From Poseidonia sp. (GTDB taxonomy: Archaea > Thermoplasmatota > Poseidoniia > Poseidoniales > Poseidoniaceae), in NCBI GenBank assembly GCA_038127845.1, contig JAYPIL010000002.1, forward strand, positions 2,572 to 66,571: a stretch of 64,000 bases of DNA, given 5' to 3'. Positions 1 through 12,694 of this stretch are shown in pieces. A model generated the notes under the pieces. That model saw only the letters and a program-made list of their open reading frames with translations, made no database searches and had not been told where the DNA came from. Positions within the stretch are counted from its first letter, which is position 1. Every line of letters starts with the position of its first letter. The translations under genes were made by a program, and so were the position numbers.

Positions 1-4072
<4,072 letters not shown>

Positions 4073-4171
4073 TCAAGTGGAGGGTTTTGGGGGTCAAAAA
4101 CGAAGAACTGCGAACCGATTTCAAACCGAACGAATCTCTTGCCCCCCTCCACTATTTTACCCCCTGCGACA

Positions 4172-4187
4172 GGGTATAAACATACCC
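4172..4187. promoter_or_regulatory. Palindromic TATA-like element GGGTAT-AAAC-ATACCC in the gyrB/aroD divergent spacer
   Basis: Read directly: 6-bp inverted arms around AAAC, containing GTATAAAC. It lies 109 nt upstream of the gyrB ATG and 173 nt upstream of the aroD ATG. The function is inferred only. Confidence 0.2.
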
Positions 4188-4359
4188 CTTTGCAAGGCTC
4201 AAAAACGCGTGATTGCGCCACATTTTGTGAGCCTCAGCGACCTCTCAAAAAACCCTTTTCTGAAAACCCAAGAATCGACTCCATCCCAGACGGTGCTGCG
4301 GGTGAGTTTGAGGACAACGGAGGCGTGAGCGTTAAGAACAAAGGTCAGGTGGCGCATTC

Positions 4360-5157
4360 ATGCCTGAACCAAAAGTGTGCGTTTCACTTGACGGAACCAC
4401 GGTGAAATCAATGGCCGACGAGGCTGCAAGAGCCAACCTCGCTGGCGCCGATTTCGTTGAGGTTCGTTTTGACCGATTGTACCTCAAGAAACCCGAACCC
4501 ACTGAGATTGAGGGCGAGGATGGGGAAATCAAGCGGGTGATGCCCGATGAATCCGAATGGCCGGCAAAGGATGTCACCGAAGTTGACGTGGAAGCCTCCA
4601 TTCAATCGTTGAAGGAAAGCATCCCCCTCCCTGTGATCTTCACGGCTCGCCCGGTCAGTGAAGGTGGATTTTTCCCCGGCAGTGAAGAAGAGCGCCTCAA
4701 TGTCCTCACAGAGGCCATTAACTCCGGTGTGAACAGCATCGATCTGGAACTGTCCATCGGCGAGAGCGAACGGTCTAACCTGGCCGAAATGGCATCAAAA
4801 GCCAATGTCCGCGTCATCTCCTCCATCCACAACACCACCACCACCCCGAGCGCTGAAGAATTGGTATCCATGGTGAAAGAGCACGGGGCTGATGGAAATC
4901 TCTTCAAATTCTGTGGAACCGTCAACGACCACCAAGACGCACTGCAAATTGTCGAAGCAAGCTATGTACTCAAGGATGGCAAGTTCACCTTTTCGTTGAT
5001 GGCCCTCGGCAACGGTGGCGACTGGGCTCGTCTGCACGCCCCCGTTCTCGGTCAGTCAATGGTCTACGCAACGCTGCGCTCAGAGCACAAACTTTCCAAC
5101 AAAGGCTTGGTGAACGTGCGCGACCTCAAGAATGCATGGACCTTGATGGAATATTGA
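4360..5157 (+). CDS. aroD: 3-dehydroquinate dehydratase, type I
   Basis: 265 aa. N-terminal VCVSLDG...GADFVEVRFDRL, SSIHNTTTTPS, LFKFCG (Schiff-base Lys region) and MALGNGGDWARLHAPVLGQSMVYA match the type I DHQase pattern. Confidence 0.8.
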   Translation: MPEPKVCVSLDGTTVKSMADEAARANLAGADFVEVRFDRLYLKKPEPTEIEGEDGEIKRVMPDESEWPAKDVTEVDVEASIQSLKESIPLPVIFTARPVSEGGFFPGSEEERLNVLTEAINSGVNSIDLELSIGESERSNLAEMASKANVRVISSIHNTTTTPSAEELVSMVKEHGADGNLFKFCGTVNDHQDALQIVEASYVLKDGKFTFSLMALGNGGDWARLHAPVLGQSMVYATLRSEHKLSNKGLVNVRDLKNAWTLMEY

Positions 5158-5159
5158 AG

Positions 5160-6206
5160 TTAACCCTCTGGTGGTTCTTTGGTTGCCTCTGCAGAGGCCT
5201 GTTCGAGGTGAGGAACCGAGGTTGCCTTCTCATTTGAAGAAGATCCGAGTCCCGATTCCATGTACCGCTTGTTCAACAGCACCGGAGCAACCACAAGGCC
5301 AACGATCAAGCCGAACAGCACAAGCGGGACGGTCCATGGTGGGAAAATCGCAGTTCGTTCCTCGGCGAGGATGGTCACATCAGCGACAACGACATTGCTC
5401 AACGGTTGAGCATCGTTGTCTCGTGTGTTGTCCCAGGTGTCAATCACGAGGTAGAAATCTTCCCATTCGTCATCACCAAAGAACGAAGAGTACACCTCTG
5501 GACCGTCCAGCGAAAGCGAAAACGTGGCTTGAGAGCGTGCTTCGTACTGATGGACATCACGGTAGGATTGCCAACCCAACGGATTGAAACTACGCCACTC
5601 AGGAGGGATGTCACTCAACACATCGCTGTCACCACCTGCGACATCGATGTCGTCCCACCACCATCCTCCATGCATCATCCAATACGCCTCTTCGTAGCGA
5701 GTATACTGCGAGCTCGTCATCAGGTAAATGTCACCGTTCGCTGGCACCTGCTCGCCGTTCTCGGTTGAGAAAAGCGACACACAAAACGTCGTGCGGTGGG
5801 CGCTTGAAAGGTTCAGACGGAGGGCCCCCACGCTATCGTTGCCGATTTCCATGGTGATGTAATGCCCTTCTCGAAGCGGCCGGAGGGCCGTCAGCGGGCC
5901 GTTGGGCGTGTACATCCAAGGCTCTTCTGGATGAAGCGCTTCGTCCCATTCGTTGTTTTCCCCAACGCCAACGGGCCCATCGTCTTCGTCTATTTTTTCT
6001 CGACCATCCTCCTCATACACCCACATTGACTGCCAAGGTCGGTCAAACGGCACCAGTGCATGGCGTTGGACGGTGCTGTTCCATTCGGTGTTGACGATGT
6101 CACCCTCACAACCCGTGGCGGCTTGAGCCGGCAGTGTGGCCGGGCCAGCAACGACAAGAAGAGGAACGAGGAGAAGCCAAACGAGGAGAATCGGCCTCAA
6201 ACGCAT
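5160..6206 (-). CDS. Secreted, C-terminally membrane-anchored acidic protein of unknown function
   Basis: 348 aa. Signal peptide MRLRPILLVWLLLVPLLVVAGPATLPAQA. Trp/Asp-rich ectodomain. C-terminal TM segment PLVLFGLIVGLVVAPVLL followed by a short tail. No family recognised. Confidence 0.5.
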   Translation of the reverse strand: MRLRPILLVWLLLVPLLVVAGPATLPAQAATGCEGDIVNTEWNSTVQRHALVPFDRPWQSMWVYEEDGREKIDEDDGPVGVGENNEWDEALHPEEPWMYTPNGPLTALRPLREGHYITMEIGNDSVGALRLNLSSAHRTTFCVSLFSTENGEQVPANGDIYLMTSSQYTRYEEAYWMMHGGWWWDDIDVAGGDSDVLSDIPPEWRSFNPLGWQSYRDVHQYEARSQATFSLSLDGPEVYSSFFGDDEWEDFYLVIDTWDNTRDNDAQPLSNVVVADVTILAEERTAIFPPWTVPLVLFGLIVGLVVAPVLLNKRYMESGLGSSSNEKATSVPHLEQASAEATKEPPEG

Positions 6207-6251
6207 ACCTCCACCAAGTCGCCTGTTGACATGACGGTTTTAGGAGATTGC

Positions 6252-9200
6252 TCACCTTCGGCGCAGCGGGCGGATGTAACCGCTGTCATCGTTGCGTCGT
6301 TCGTCCTTTGACAGAATTTTTGGCGCTGGAGGAGGTTGGTGGTGATCCATTCCCAACAATCCCCCTTGTGATTCGACAAGCTCGATGTCGGTGTATGTTT
6401 CAGCCGCCTCTTTCGCTTCTTCCTCGAGTTGACTTGGCTCTCGCATCACCAACCAGCCCAAAATCAGTGCAACAACGATGAGCGCCACAAAGGTCGCAAG
6501 TTCGGAGCCTGCTTCAGCGAGCCATGATTTCCATTCCTCAGCACTGAAATCGGAAAGTGAAGGTGGTCCTTCAGGTTCGGGAACAACCTCAATGTCCTCG
6601 GTGAGTTGGGCGCATTGCCCCATCCCGTCGCACACTTCAACCAGGATGGTGTAGTATCCCGTGGCCTCCCACGTGTGAATAGCACGGGTTGATGAACCTG
6701 CAAGGGGCGAGACCCAATCGTCCATGGAATTCCCGTTTTCATCCGCATCAACTTCAATGTCGAAATCCCAACGCACGGTGAATTCCGTGAGGATTCGTTC
6801 GTCTCGCTCGCTGATGGAGCCGTCTTCAACATCCAAATCCCGATAAATCTCCATGGCCGTCCCTGCTTCCATGTCCGAAATTTCAGCATCGAACGACACG
6901 GAGGAGCCAACAAAGATGCTCTCTGGTACGAAAATGGTGCTCACCTCGGGCGGATGGTCGACCACAACGGTGAACGTACTGCGGGTCACATCGCCCGTTC
7001 CAAACCCATCCCGAACCGTCAACGACACGGTGTATGTACCGGGCAAGTCATAGGCGTGCCATGGTGATGCTGTGTGGTCGAGAGGAGTGGCGTCTCCGAA
7101 ATCCCACGTGTATTCGACCAAACCGTTCCATTCTGGCGATTCGGCCTCGAATGGAAGGTACTTGCCCTCAAACTGGCGGTCACCATCTCGGGTTCCGGCC
7201 GAGTCAAAATAGAGCAGGCGATGTGGGGCGGTGACCACCGCTCCATCCTCGTTGAAGGTATGCGACCAGTCTTCTGGTAGCGACCCCTCTGGGAACACCG
7301 TTGATGTGGAGATCAGTTCCCCATCAATCCAGCCGTCGAGAATCCGGACGTTGATGATGGGAAGTGGATTTGCAATTTGAACGGTCATCGTTCGAGGGAA
7401 GCTCTGCTCTCCTTGTTTGTCCGTCACCACCAAGGTCACCGTGTGGATACCTGGTGTGGTGAAGGTATGGGTGGCTTGGGGGCGGTCACCAAATGTGCCG
7501 TCGGAGAAGGTCCAATTCCACGTCTCAATGTCGCTTGAATCGCCGACCAAGCCATCCGGGTCGATGCTGTCAAGCCCATCGAAGACGTAGGCTGTGTCGA
7601 CCTCACCGTCTTCCTCTCGGAAATCAATTTCCCTTGAGCCCATGGAAGAGAGCGTACGAACATCAAACGTTGCAACTGGAATCTGGTTGAGGACAACGAC
7701 GCTGAGGACTGCGGTTGCTTGGCTGCCATCATCATCGGTCACCGTGAGCGTGACCGTTTTGTTGCCGGGCGTGTCCCACGCAACCAACGGGTTTTCATCC
7801 GTGCTGGAGACGGTGGAGAAATCATCGCCTCTCATGGGCATGCCCGTACCGAGACGAACGCCATCCGGGAAGGACCATGCATAGGCAACAAGTTCGCCAT
7901 CATCGTCCTTGAACACGTCCGGCATCACCAAGGTCGTGTAGGTCATCGTGGTCATCGTTTCTGCAAAGATTTGGACAGGGACACGGTTGTTGACGTGAAC
8001 CAGGATGGTCTTGACACCGGTGTTGATTCCGTCCGAAACGGTGAGGGTGAGGTTGAACGTGGTGTTTTCCCCTTCCACGTCCTCCCATTCATGCTGTTGA
8101 GCGTACACACCGACACCACCGCTTGAGGTACCGTCACCCCAATCCCATTGGAATTCGAGGTATTCCAGCGGAACGTTGTCGGCGGTTCGACCCGCAGAAA
8201 ACAGGATGCGTTGACCGGTCAGCAGGGTCATCTCTTGGTCGATCACCACATTGTTGACGGTGATGATCGGCACGGGTTCCGAAACATCAGAGACATTGAC
8301 CACGTGAACTTGGGTTTCCGACCAAGCACCACCCCGATCCTCAACCCTGAGGGTTGCGTTGAACGAGCCAACCTCCGTGTAAGATCGCAACGGAGATTTG
8401 AGGTTCGAAGAACCGTTGTCTCCGAAGACCCAAGCGTATGCGGTCGGTGTGTCAAGGTACGGAAGGGTGTTGTTGTCAAGCGAAAGGCCCCAGGCATCAA
8501 AACCACCGCCGAGGAACTGGATGTTTTCCCAGGTCTGAACGTCGTTCGTGGAGACCGTGCCGTTTGCAACCGGTTTCATGTTGTTGAGAACCTGCGGGGA
8601 GGTCTGGAGTGTGTCCACCACATCACCAAGCATGTCTTTCATGACCATGTCAAAGGAATACTGATCGGTGAGCGGGGCGGTGAAATGAACCTCCCCTGGC
8701 GCGTCAACCCCACCGCCTGCAGCGATTCTGTCGGTGATGGTGTCGACGACTTGACCGGTGCTGTCTTTGACACTGATTTCAACATCGAGATCCTCAAAGA
8801 AGGCGTTTGAGAGAACACCGTAGTTGATGTTCACGGTATCGTCAAGCCCGTCACCGTCACGGTCGCCCAAGACGGTGTTGTTCAGCGAGAGGGTGGCGGG
8901 CGAGGTGATGCGAGCGGCCTCGATGTCCACCACGCCGGTGGGATACGACGGGCCGCAGGAAGTGTAGTCGCAATCAGCGACGGTGCTGGCGTACCACGTG
9001 ATCACCCAGACCTCGTCGGTAAGATTGCCGAATCCGGGAACAAGGCCGGTGGCGACGTTGTTCACGAAGTCAAGTTCGGAAACCGACCACAAGCCATCGG
9101 TGGTAGCTTTGGTTGCGATCACGCCTTCAAACTGACTCTTGTCAGCCGTGAGGCGGAGCGTCAATGGAGCGGGTGAGGCGGCACCGGGTGTGAATTTGAA

Positions 9201-10484
9201 GGAGCGAAGGCCCCAGCCTTCCAGCGTGTTGCCCGTCGAAGACCACGGTCCGGACCAATCGCTGTTGGTTTCCGTTGCCTGTGCCCGACAGAACGCGCCC
9301 CCCGTGCAAACGGGATTCAAGTCAAGGTTTGGATATCCGTAGATGCCTTGGTCAGAATCCAAGGTGACGGCCACGCTGAAATTCGCAAAGGCTTCGTTCA
9401 TGGTGCGGCCAAGAAGCCCTACCTGACCTGCTTGAGGCGAGAGAAGAAGATTTTCCACGCCGCGCCCGCCAGTTGCGGAATCTTGAACCAATTGACGAAC
9501 GGCAGGCCCGCCTCCCAAGTGTTCTGCGAGGTACATCGTGAAGAGATATCCTGCGCCGTAGTCTGCAATGCGTTGGTTCCACCAACGAACCGATTGTTCA
9601 GGGGAGCCCGTCCAGGCATTGACGTGGCCACGGAGTGTGGAGTCTGCACCAAAGCAGAGGTAGATGGCCACGTCTGCGTTGCCTTCGTCAATCCAGAGAT
9701 TCTCGTAAGGATCCAAGGCATTGTGCAAGAGATGTTCAAGCTCGTGAGCCAAAATGGATTTGCCCCAACTCAGCGTGATGTCTGCAAAATCGACGAACAC
9801 GGCTTCCCGTGAACTCGCAAAGGAAGGAGCGAAGTAGCCTCCGGTGTTGTAGGCGCCATCGATGTCGTAGATGATGATCTGCACCTGGCAGTTGTTGTCA
9901 ACATCGGGCGGCGCCAAGCCTCGTCCATCTTGGTAGTCTTTCCCGTAGTAGGTGGTCATGGTCGGATAAATGGTGGAATCCCACGTGCTCGCAAGGTTGT
10001 TGAGGACGGTTGAACTCAAGGTTCGGCCGCTCTGAACGATGAACGCCACCGTGGTGGTGGTTTTGGCGACGTAGGCGGAGATTTGCCCCCCCGCGGTGTT
10101 GACATTGAGGCTGTCTCCGACTGAATGGGGCGTGCAGGCTCGGCCAGATGACCGGCCCATGGAAGGTTCAACCACCATGGAATCAACGCCCGGTCGACCG
10201 GCATCAATCCACGCCTGGCGCATGAAGGATGTGGCCGAAACGACGGGTTCGTCTTCATGAATAAACAAATACTCACTTCCTGTACTCGGGTCGAATTCAT
10301 CCAAATCTCCGATGACAATACCACCCGCCTGATAGGGGGATGTCTCGCTGGATGTTTCGGTTTGGCTGGCACCCACCGAAAGCAGAAGCGGGCCCGTGCT
10401 GGCGAAGAGCATGATGAGCACGAAGAAAAAGGCTGGACTAGAACGGCGTTCCGACAAAAATTTCACCTGCGAGAATCGTAGCAC
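6252..10484 (-). CDS. Giant secreted HExxH metallopeptidase (gluzincin, M30/M6-like) with multiple PKD-like domains and a C-terminal membrane anchor
   Basis: 1410 aa. N-terminal hydrophobic signal FFFVLIMLFASTGPLLLSVGA. ILAHELEHLLH...WIDEGNAD (HELEH encoded at 9732-9746). At least five PKD-type signatures: WVFGDNGSS, WDWGDGTSS, WSFPDGV, WNWTFSDGTFG, WDFGDATP. TM segment ATFVALIVVALILGWLV plus a tail of about 70 aa. The track start at 10484 is GTG. Confidence 0.8.
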   Translation of the reverse strand: MLRFSQVKFLSERRSSPAFFFVLIMLFASTGPLLLSVGASQTETSSETSPYQAGGIVIGDLDEFDPSTGSEYLFIHEDEPVVSATSFMRQAWIDAGRPGVDSMVVEPSMGRSSGRACTPHSVGDSLNVNTAGGQISAYVAKTTTTVAFIVQSGRTLSSTVLNNLASTWDSTIYPTMTTYYGKDYQDGRGLAPPDVDNNCQVQIIIYDIDGAYNTGGYFAPSFASSREAVFVDFADITLSWGKSILAHELEHLLHNALDPYENLWIDEGNADVAIYLCFGADSTLRGHVNAWTGSPEQSVRWWNQRIADYGAGYLFTMYLAEHLGGGPAVRQLVQDSATGGRGVENLLLSPQAGQVGLLGRTMNEAFANFSVAVTLDSDQGIYGYPNLDLNPVCTGGAFCRAQATETNSDWSGPWSSTGNTLEGWGLRSFKFTPGAASPAPLTLRLTADKSQFEGVIATKATTDGLWSVSELDFVNNVATGLVPGFGNLTDEVWVITWYASTVADCDYTSCGPSYPTGVVDIEAARITSPATLSLNNTVLGDRDGDGLDDTVNINYGVLSNAFFEDLDVEISVKDSTGQVVDTITDRIAAGGGVDAPGEVHFTAPLTDQYSFDMVMKDMLGDVVDTLQTSPQVLNNMKPVANGTVSTNDVQTWENIQFLGGGFDAWGLSLDNNTLPYLDTPTAYAWVFGDNGSSNLKSPLRSYTEVGSFNATLRVEDRGGAWSETQVHVVNVSDVSEPVPIITVNNVVIDQEMTLLTGQRILFSAGRTADNVPLEYLEFQWDWGDGTSSGGVGVYAQQHEWEDVEGENTTFNLTLTVSDGINTGVKTILVHVNNRVPVQIFAETMTTMTYTTLVMPDVFKDDDGELVAYAWSFPDGVRLGTGMPMRGDDFSTVSSTDENPLVAWDTPGNKTVTLTVTDDDGSQATAVLSVVVLNQIPVATFDVRTLSSMGSREIDFREEDGEVDTAYVFDGLDSIDPDGLVGDSSDIETWNWTFSDGTFGDRPQATHTFTTPGIHTVTLVVTDKQGEQSFPRTMTVQIANPLPIINVRILDGWIDGELISTSTVFPEGSLPEDWSHTFNEDGAVVTAPHRLLYFDSAGTRDGDRQFEGKYLPFEAESPEWNGLVEYTWDFGDATPLDHTASPWHAYDLPGTYTVSLTVRDGFGTGDVTRSTFTVVVDHPPEVSTIFVPESIFVGSSVSFDAEISDMEAGTAMEIYRDLDVEDGSISERDERILTEFTVRWDFDIEVDADENGNSMDDWVSPLAGSSTRAIHTWEATGYYTILVEVCDGMGQCAQLTEDIEVVPEPEGPPSLSDFSAEEWKSWLAEAGSELATFVALIVVALILGWLVMREPSQLEEEAKEAAETYTDIELVESQGGLLGMDHHQPPPAPKILSKDERRNDDSGYIRPLRRR

Positions 10485-10544
10485 GAGTTCCTATTTTCAC
10501 GAAACAAAAGGAGGTATTTAAGAGTCCGTGGTCAAGGCGTCATC

Positions 10545-11765
10545 ATGCATCACGTCAAGTCTCGTGTGCAGAGGCGACATCGGCCGCTCATATGGCTGCT
10601 GCTCACCGCCTTGGTGATGCCATTTCTGCCCGGAGATGCGGCTTCGGTTCCTTGGGACGACGCCGACGCCGCCCTGTGCAGCCAACTCGACAATCTGGCC
10701 TTCAACGGCACCTTGGCAAACGAATCGGTGCAGTGGCAAGTTTCTCTGGGCCCGAGGATTCCTGAATCCACCGCTTCGCAAGAATTTCGCGACACCATCA
10801 CCACTGATTTGGCCGCAAAAGGCTGGATCATCACCCAAACCGTCCACGAGCGTCACGGCATGAACTTGACCAACGTCGAGGCACGTTGGGTTTCGAGCGA
10901 ACCTCAATACGGCCAGGTGGTCCTCTCCGCTCACTACGACTCACGAAACATCGCCGACCGAGATCTCAACGAAACAAACCAAACCTTACCCGTTCCTGGC
11001 GCCAACGACGGGGCAAGCGGTACGGCGGTTTTGCTGGAAATGGCACGTCATATTCCCAACATGTCCCTCCCCTACGACGTGGTGTTGTTTTGGAACGATG
11101 CTGAAGACCAAAACTCGAACTACACCGTTGGGGCCGAGGCGTGGGCGGAAAATCTCTCGGAAACCGAAGTGGCGACCACGGAATCCTTCGTTCTACTCGA
11201 CATGGTTGGCGATGCGGATTTGCAGTTGCAGAACATCATGCCGGGCAACGACACCCTGAAGCAACGCATTATCAGGTTGGGACAATCGCTTGGCATGGTG
11301 AACGGTTCAGCAGATTGCAACGGAGCAGTTGGATCCGACATCATTCAGTACGATGTGAAGGTCCACGTACTCGACGATCACGTGCATCCACACGAACTGA
11401 ACATTCCAAGCATCGACATCATGGACCCCGTCTACGGAGAAGAGAAGACGTGGAGCTTCGGAACCCTATGGCACACGATGGAAGATACACCGGACAAAGT
11501 CAGCGCTGAGTCGTTGGGAAGTGTTGGCCAGTTGGTTGAACTTGGCCTGCGAACCAATGCGTTTGTTGGAATTATCGAGCCCTCTTCGCAAACCGAGACC
11601 AACGAAGGCGAAGGCACAGAGGTCAACCAAAGCGAAGGCGCTGAAGTTGAACCTTCGTCTTCCGATGACAATTCAGGATCTCCCCGGTTGACGTTGCTTG
11701 CCAGCGTCGCCTTGGGTACAGTCCTGCTTGGACTGATATTTGCTGAATGGAAGTTGCGACCATGA
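10545..11765 (+). CDS. M28-family metallopeptidase / glutaminyl-cyclase-like, secreted and membrane-anchored
   Basis: 406 aa. Signal LIWLLLTALVMPFLPG. SAHYDSRNIADRD, PGANDGASGTAVLLEMARH and VLFWNDAEDQ match M28 metal-ligand blocks. C-terminal TM segment LLASVALGTVLLGLIF. Confidence 0.75.
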   Translation: MHHVKSRVQRRHRPLIWLLLTALVMPFLPGDAASVPWDDADAALCSQLDNLAFNGTLANESVQWQVSLGPRIPESTASQEFRDTITTDLAAKGWIITQTVHERHGMNLTNVEARWVSSEPQYGQVVLSAHYDSRNIADRDLNETNQTLPVPGANDGASGTAVLLEMARHIPNMSLPYDVVLFWNDAEDQNSNYTVGAEAWAENLSETEVATTESFVLLDMVGDADLQLQNIMPGNDTLKQRIIRLGQSLGMVNGSADCNGAVGSDIIQYDVKVHVLDDHVHPHELNIPSIDIMDPVYGEEKTWSFGTLWHTMEDTPDKVSAESLGSVGQLVELGLRTNAFVGIIEPSSQTETNEGEGTEVNQSEGAEVEPSSSDDNSGSPRLTLLASVALGTVLLGLIFAEWKLRP

Positions 11766-11834
11766 CCATCGTGCGCGGTAAAATATGGAAGAGGTCATAT
11801 CCGCGCATGTCATCGCACGACTGGAGGGGCTACT

Positions 11835-12692
11835 GTGGACGATGACCGTGAACGGCGAATGGAAGCCCTTCGGGCCCGGGTGCAAGCCAAGAAGGCGGCT
11901 GGTGCTTTGCCCGTTCAAAACGAAGAATTGGTGGTGACGTCTGCCGATGTGCAACACGACGGGGCGCTTGGAGAGGTGAGTCGGTCTGACGATTGGTTGG
12001 AGATGATCGATCGAGATGCGGATCGTTGGCGGAATCTCGCTGCAGCCTTGATTTTCATTGGGAGTATCCTCGGCATCATCAGCGGCGCATTGATTCTTCA
12101 AGGCAATCCGAGTGAATTGCTCAACACCTCCTTGTTTGCTGAGCAGGACACCGTTGACATATCGGGTTCAGCGCTGGAAGATGTCGACGGTTCAGGCGTT
12201 GCGAACGTCACCGTTGAATTGTTTGAGGACGGTTCGGGGGCGCTGTTACAAACCACCCTTACGGACCAGTTCGGGTACTACTCGATGGACAACGTGAAGC
12301 AAGAAATCCACGTGATTGTCTTCACCAAAGACGGCTATGTTACCGTTGAACGAACGTTTGTCCCCGACAACGTCGGCCTCGACCCCGTGACCATGAAATC
12401 CGGGAACGGAACTCGGACAGAAAGCGACGAACAATCCATTTCAGGATGGACGCTTGACAATGCCGTGGGCCTTTCCAGTGCTATTGGGCTCATCACGATT
12501 GTATCGGCGTTCTTCGGCATCCAATCAGCGGTAGAAATTCGGCGTGGTAAGCACTACCGTCGAAGCCAATACCTTGCAGGCATTTCTCTCTTTAGCCGAG
12601 GGCTGATCATCGTCGGCCCTGCCCTCATTTTGTTTGGCATGGTTGTCAACGTCTTTGCCCGGGATGATTTTGAGGACCGCCGCGAGGATTGA
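11835..12692 (+). CDS. Membrane protein with a carboxypeptidase-regulatory-like (CarboxypepD_reg-type) beta-sandwich ectodomain
   Basis: 285 aa. GTG start preceded by GGAGGGG (11823-11829). TM segments flank VTVELFEDGSGALLQTTLTDQFGYYSMDNV...VFTKDGY, a CarboxypepD_reg-like pattern. The stop overlaps the TTG of the next ORF. Confidence 0.5.
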   Translation: MDDDRERRMEALRARVQAKKAAGALPVQNEELVVTSADVQHDGALGEVSRSDDWLEMIDRDADRWRNLAAALIFIGSILGIISGALILQGNPSELLNTSLFAEQDTVDISGSALEDVDGSGVANVTVELFEDGSGALLQTTLTDQFGYYSMDNVKQEIHVIVFTKDGYVTVERTFVPDNVGLDPVTMKSGNGTRTESDEQSISGWTLDNAVGLSSAIGLITIVSAFFGIQSAVEIRRGKHYRRSQYLAGISLFSRGLIIVGPALILFGMVVNVFARDDFEDRRED

Positions 12693-12694
12693 CC

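Noticed and set aside
4087-4179. 30-codon sORF (TTG start; MGVKNEELRTDFKPNESLAPLHYFTPCDRV) and the 88-aa track ORF 4062-4328 in the gyrB/aroD spacer
   Set aside because: The GGAGG lies only 2 nt from the TTG, which is too close for an SD. The 88-aa ORF starts on the antisense of the gyrB start codon and is highly basic and Pro-rich. There is no supporting motif for either.
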